Shown here in pieces: positions 62,294-64,000 of a stretch of DNA of 64,000 nt. The stretch spans positions 96,001-160,000 of the forward strand of contig OY782041.1 of the NCBI GenBank assembly GCA_963677595.1. Reading direction: 5' to 3'. This stretch comes from Spirochaetia bacterium. Its GTDB lineage: Bacteria > Spirochaetota > Spirochaetia > CAKZLE01. The position numbers and the translations under genes are program-made. The first letter of the stretch is position 1; every line of letters starts with the position of its first letter. The notes beneath the pieces are model-generated. The model ran no database searches and was not told where the DNA came from. It was given only the letters and a program-made list of their open reading frames with translations.

Positions 62294-63139
62294 TCAGCTG
62301 GTCCTTGCCTGAGAGGTGTCAAGTCCCGGATCCCAGCACTCCGGCACCAACCGCTTGAGAATCCCCATGATCAACTCGACCATCTCTCCCTGTACCTGCT
62401 TCCCAACGGAGATCACCTCTTGGTGATCCAGGGGCTTATCCAAGACGCCTGCGGCCATGTTCGTCGCACACGAGAGTCCGATCACCTCCAACCCCACATA
62501 ATTCGCGACGATGACCTCGGGAACGGTCGACATCCCTACCAGGTCCGCACCCAGGATCCGGGCCATACGGACCTCTGCGGGGGTCTCGTAGCTGGGACCG
62601 TTGAAGGCCATATAGACCCCCTCTCTCAAAGGCTTCACCTGCTGAACCAACGACCTGAGCTCCTTGGAATAGGGATCGCTCATATCCGGGAACCTCGGCC
62701 CCAGTTCCTCCGTGTTGGGTCCCATCAGGGGATTCATTCCCATATAGTTTATATGATCTTTCAGCAGAATGATATCCCCCGGAACATAGTCCAGATTCAC
62801 AGCCCCGGCTGCGTTAGTGATGATCAGCTTCTTCACCCCGAGCCGTTTCAGCAGGACAACAGAGAGAATAAGATCATCAGTATCCTGCCCCTCATAATAG
62901 TGCAGTCTGCCTGCCAGTACGATGACCTTTTCCCCGATCTTCAAGATACCGGAATGCCCGGAAACTGAACCTATAGGCATCTCATCGATAGCTGAATACG
63001 GTATTTCGAGCCCATCAATATAGTCTGCAACACTGGACAGGCCTGAACCAAGGATCACCCCGACCCCAGGCTCTGCATCAGTCCTCTTCCTGACAGATGC
63101 CAGGGCACGATCGACTCTCCTGTTGAAATCTCTCTTCAT
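62294..63139 (-). CDS. Purine nucleoside phosphorylase, trimeric type
   Basis: ILGSGL, GRLHYYEG, TNAAG, GPSYETPAE, VGMSTVPE. Confidence 0.93.
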   Translation of the reverse strand: MKRDFNRRVDRALASVRKRTDAEPGVGVILGSGLSSVADYIDGLEIPYSAIDEMPIGSVSGHSGILKIGEKVIVLAGRLHYYEGQDTDDLILSVVLLKRLGVKKLIITNAAGAVNLDYVPGDIILLKDHINYMGMNPLMGPNTEELGPRFPDMSDPYSKELRSLVQQVKPLREGVYMAFNGPSYETPAEVRMARILGADLVGMSTVPEVIVANYVGLEVIGLSCATNMAAGVLDKPLDHQEVISVGKQVQGEMVELIMGILKRLVPECWDPGLDTSQARTS

Positions 63140-63153
63140 AGTATACCTCAGTT

Positions 63154-64000
63154 CTATTTCGTGTCCACAAAATGACGTCCGACATATTTCGGGGCCCTGA
63201 TATTCCTCACTGCGACAACCAGCACAAGCAGCGTGATGAGATAGGGGATCATCTGTATGAATTGTGAAGGCACCCCATAGCCCTGCAGGTTGATCTGGAC
63301 AGCCTCAGCCAACCCGAAGATCAGGCTGCTGAACAGTATGCCAAGCGGCGAATAATTCCCCAGGATATTGATCACCACGGCGATGTATCCCCGGCCGGCC
63401 GTCATCTCCCGGACGAAGAGATCCAGATGATCTATGGAGAGAAAGGCTCCAGATACCCCGGCAAGGATACCGCAGACAGCGACTCCAAGATATTTGTACG
63501 TGTTAACCGGTATACCGGCAGTAGCGGCTGCATAGGGGTTCTCCCCCACTGACGTGAGATGGAATCCCAGTATTGTTCTCTTGAACAGATATACCGATCC
63601 TATCAATACGATCACGGCGATGATCGCAATAGGGGTAATCAGGTTCATCAGAGCCCCGCTGCCGAACAGCGGTTCGAACGAAGCAGTCTGGGGAGAGTTA
63701 CCCCTGCTTCCCCAGAACTCCTGGAGCAGCAGCGTGGTGATCCCGATCGAGAGGAAATTCAGCCCGACTCCGCTTATGATATGGTTCACGTGGTAGCGTA
63801 TCGTGAGTATGCCATGCAGCAAGGCGATCAGCAAGCCTGATAAGATAGCGAACAGGAGGCCAATGTACGGATCCCCGAAGTAGAAGGCACCTGCGGTTGC
63901 ACCAAAAGCCCCTGCAAGCATCATTCCCTCGAGTCCGAGTGCCATGATACCGACCTTGGCAGAATACATCCCCCCCAGCGCTGCTAATAGAAGAGGTATG
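63154..64000 (-). CDS. Nucleoside ABC transporter permease, 5' end outside the window
   Basis: LGLEGMML, VGENPYAA, GRGYIAV, QMIPYLITL. Confidence 0.88.
   Translation of the reverse strand, partial: IPLLLAALGGMYSAKVGIMALGLEGMMLAGAFGATAGAFYFGDPYIGLLFAILSGLLIALLHGILTIRYHVNHIISGVGLNFLSIGITTLLLQEFWGSRGNSPQTASFEPLFGSGALMNLITPIAIIAVIVLIGSVYLFKRTILGFHLTSVGENPYAAATAGIPVNTYKYLGVAVCGILAGVSGAFLSIDHLDLFVREMTAGRGYIAVVINILGNYSPLGILFSSLIFGLAEAVQINLQGYGVPSQFIQMIPYLITLLVLVVAVRNIRAPKYVGRHFVDTK

Overview
A GC-rich bacterial chromosome segment, most likely from Spirochaetota: the murB/cysS/ECF sigma/anti-sigma block, the long AckA and the PPi-PFK point that way. Most of it is housekeeping and metabolism: lon, U32 protein, carbamate kinase, cysS, murB, mgtE, ackA, DAHP synthase, asnS, manA, pfp, a deo/nucleoside operon, and a two-component system opposite a MacAB-TolC-like exporter. 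Two accessory zones stand out. (1) About 27.7-35.1 kb is a decaying defence-like island: RloA-type AAA ATPase with an rloB stub, an AAA_14/DUF4143 ATPase with twin 26-bp palindromic operators, hipBA, and an AlbA_2/ATPase protein. (2) About 48.6-53.9 kb holds a relic element integrated in the 3' end of asnS. It contains a complete IS110-family element whose ends, core, circle-junction promoter and interrupted target gene can be reconstructed by eye. It is followed by three tandem units, each a pseudo-receiver LuxR gene plus a ~220-nt structured GGA-rich non-coding RNA with G-U-tolerant and compensatory changes; this is the best candidate for an undescribed system. All calls come from reading motifs by eye; no database searches were run.
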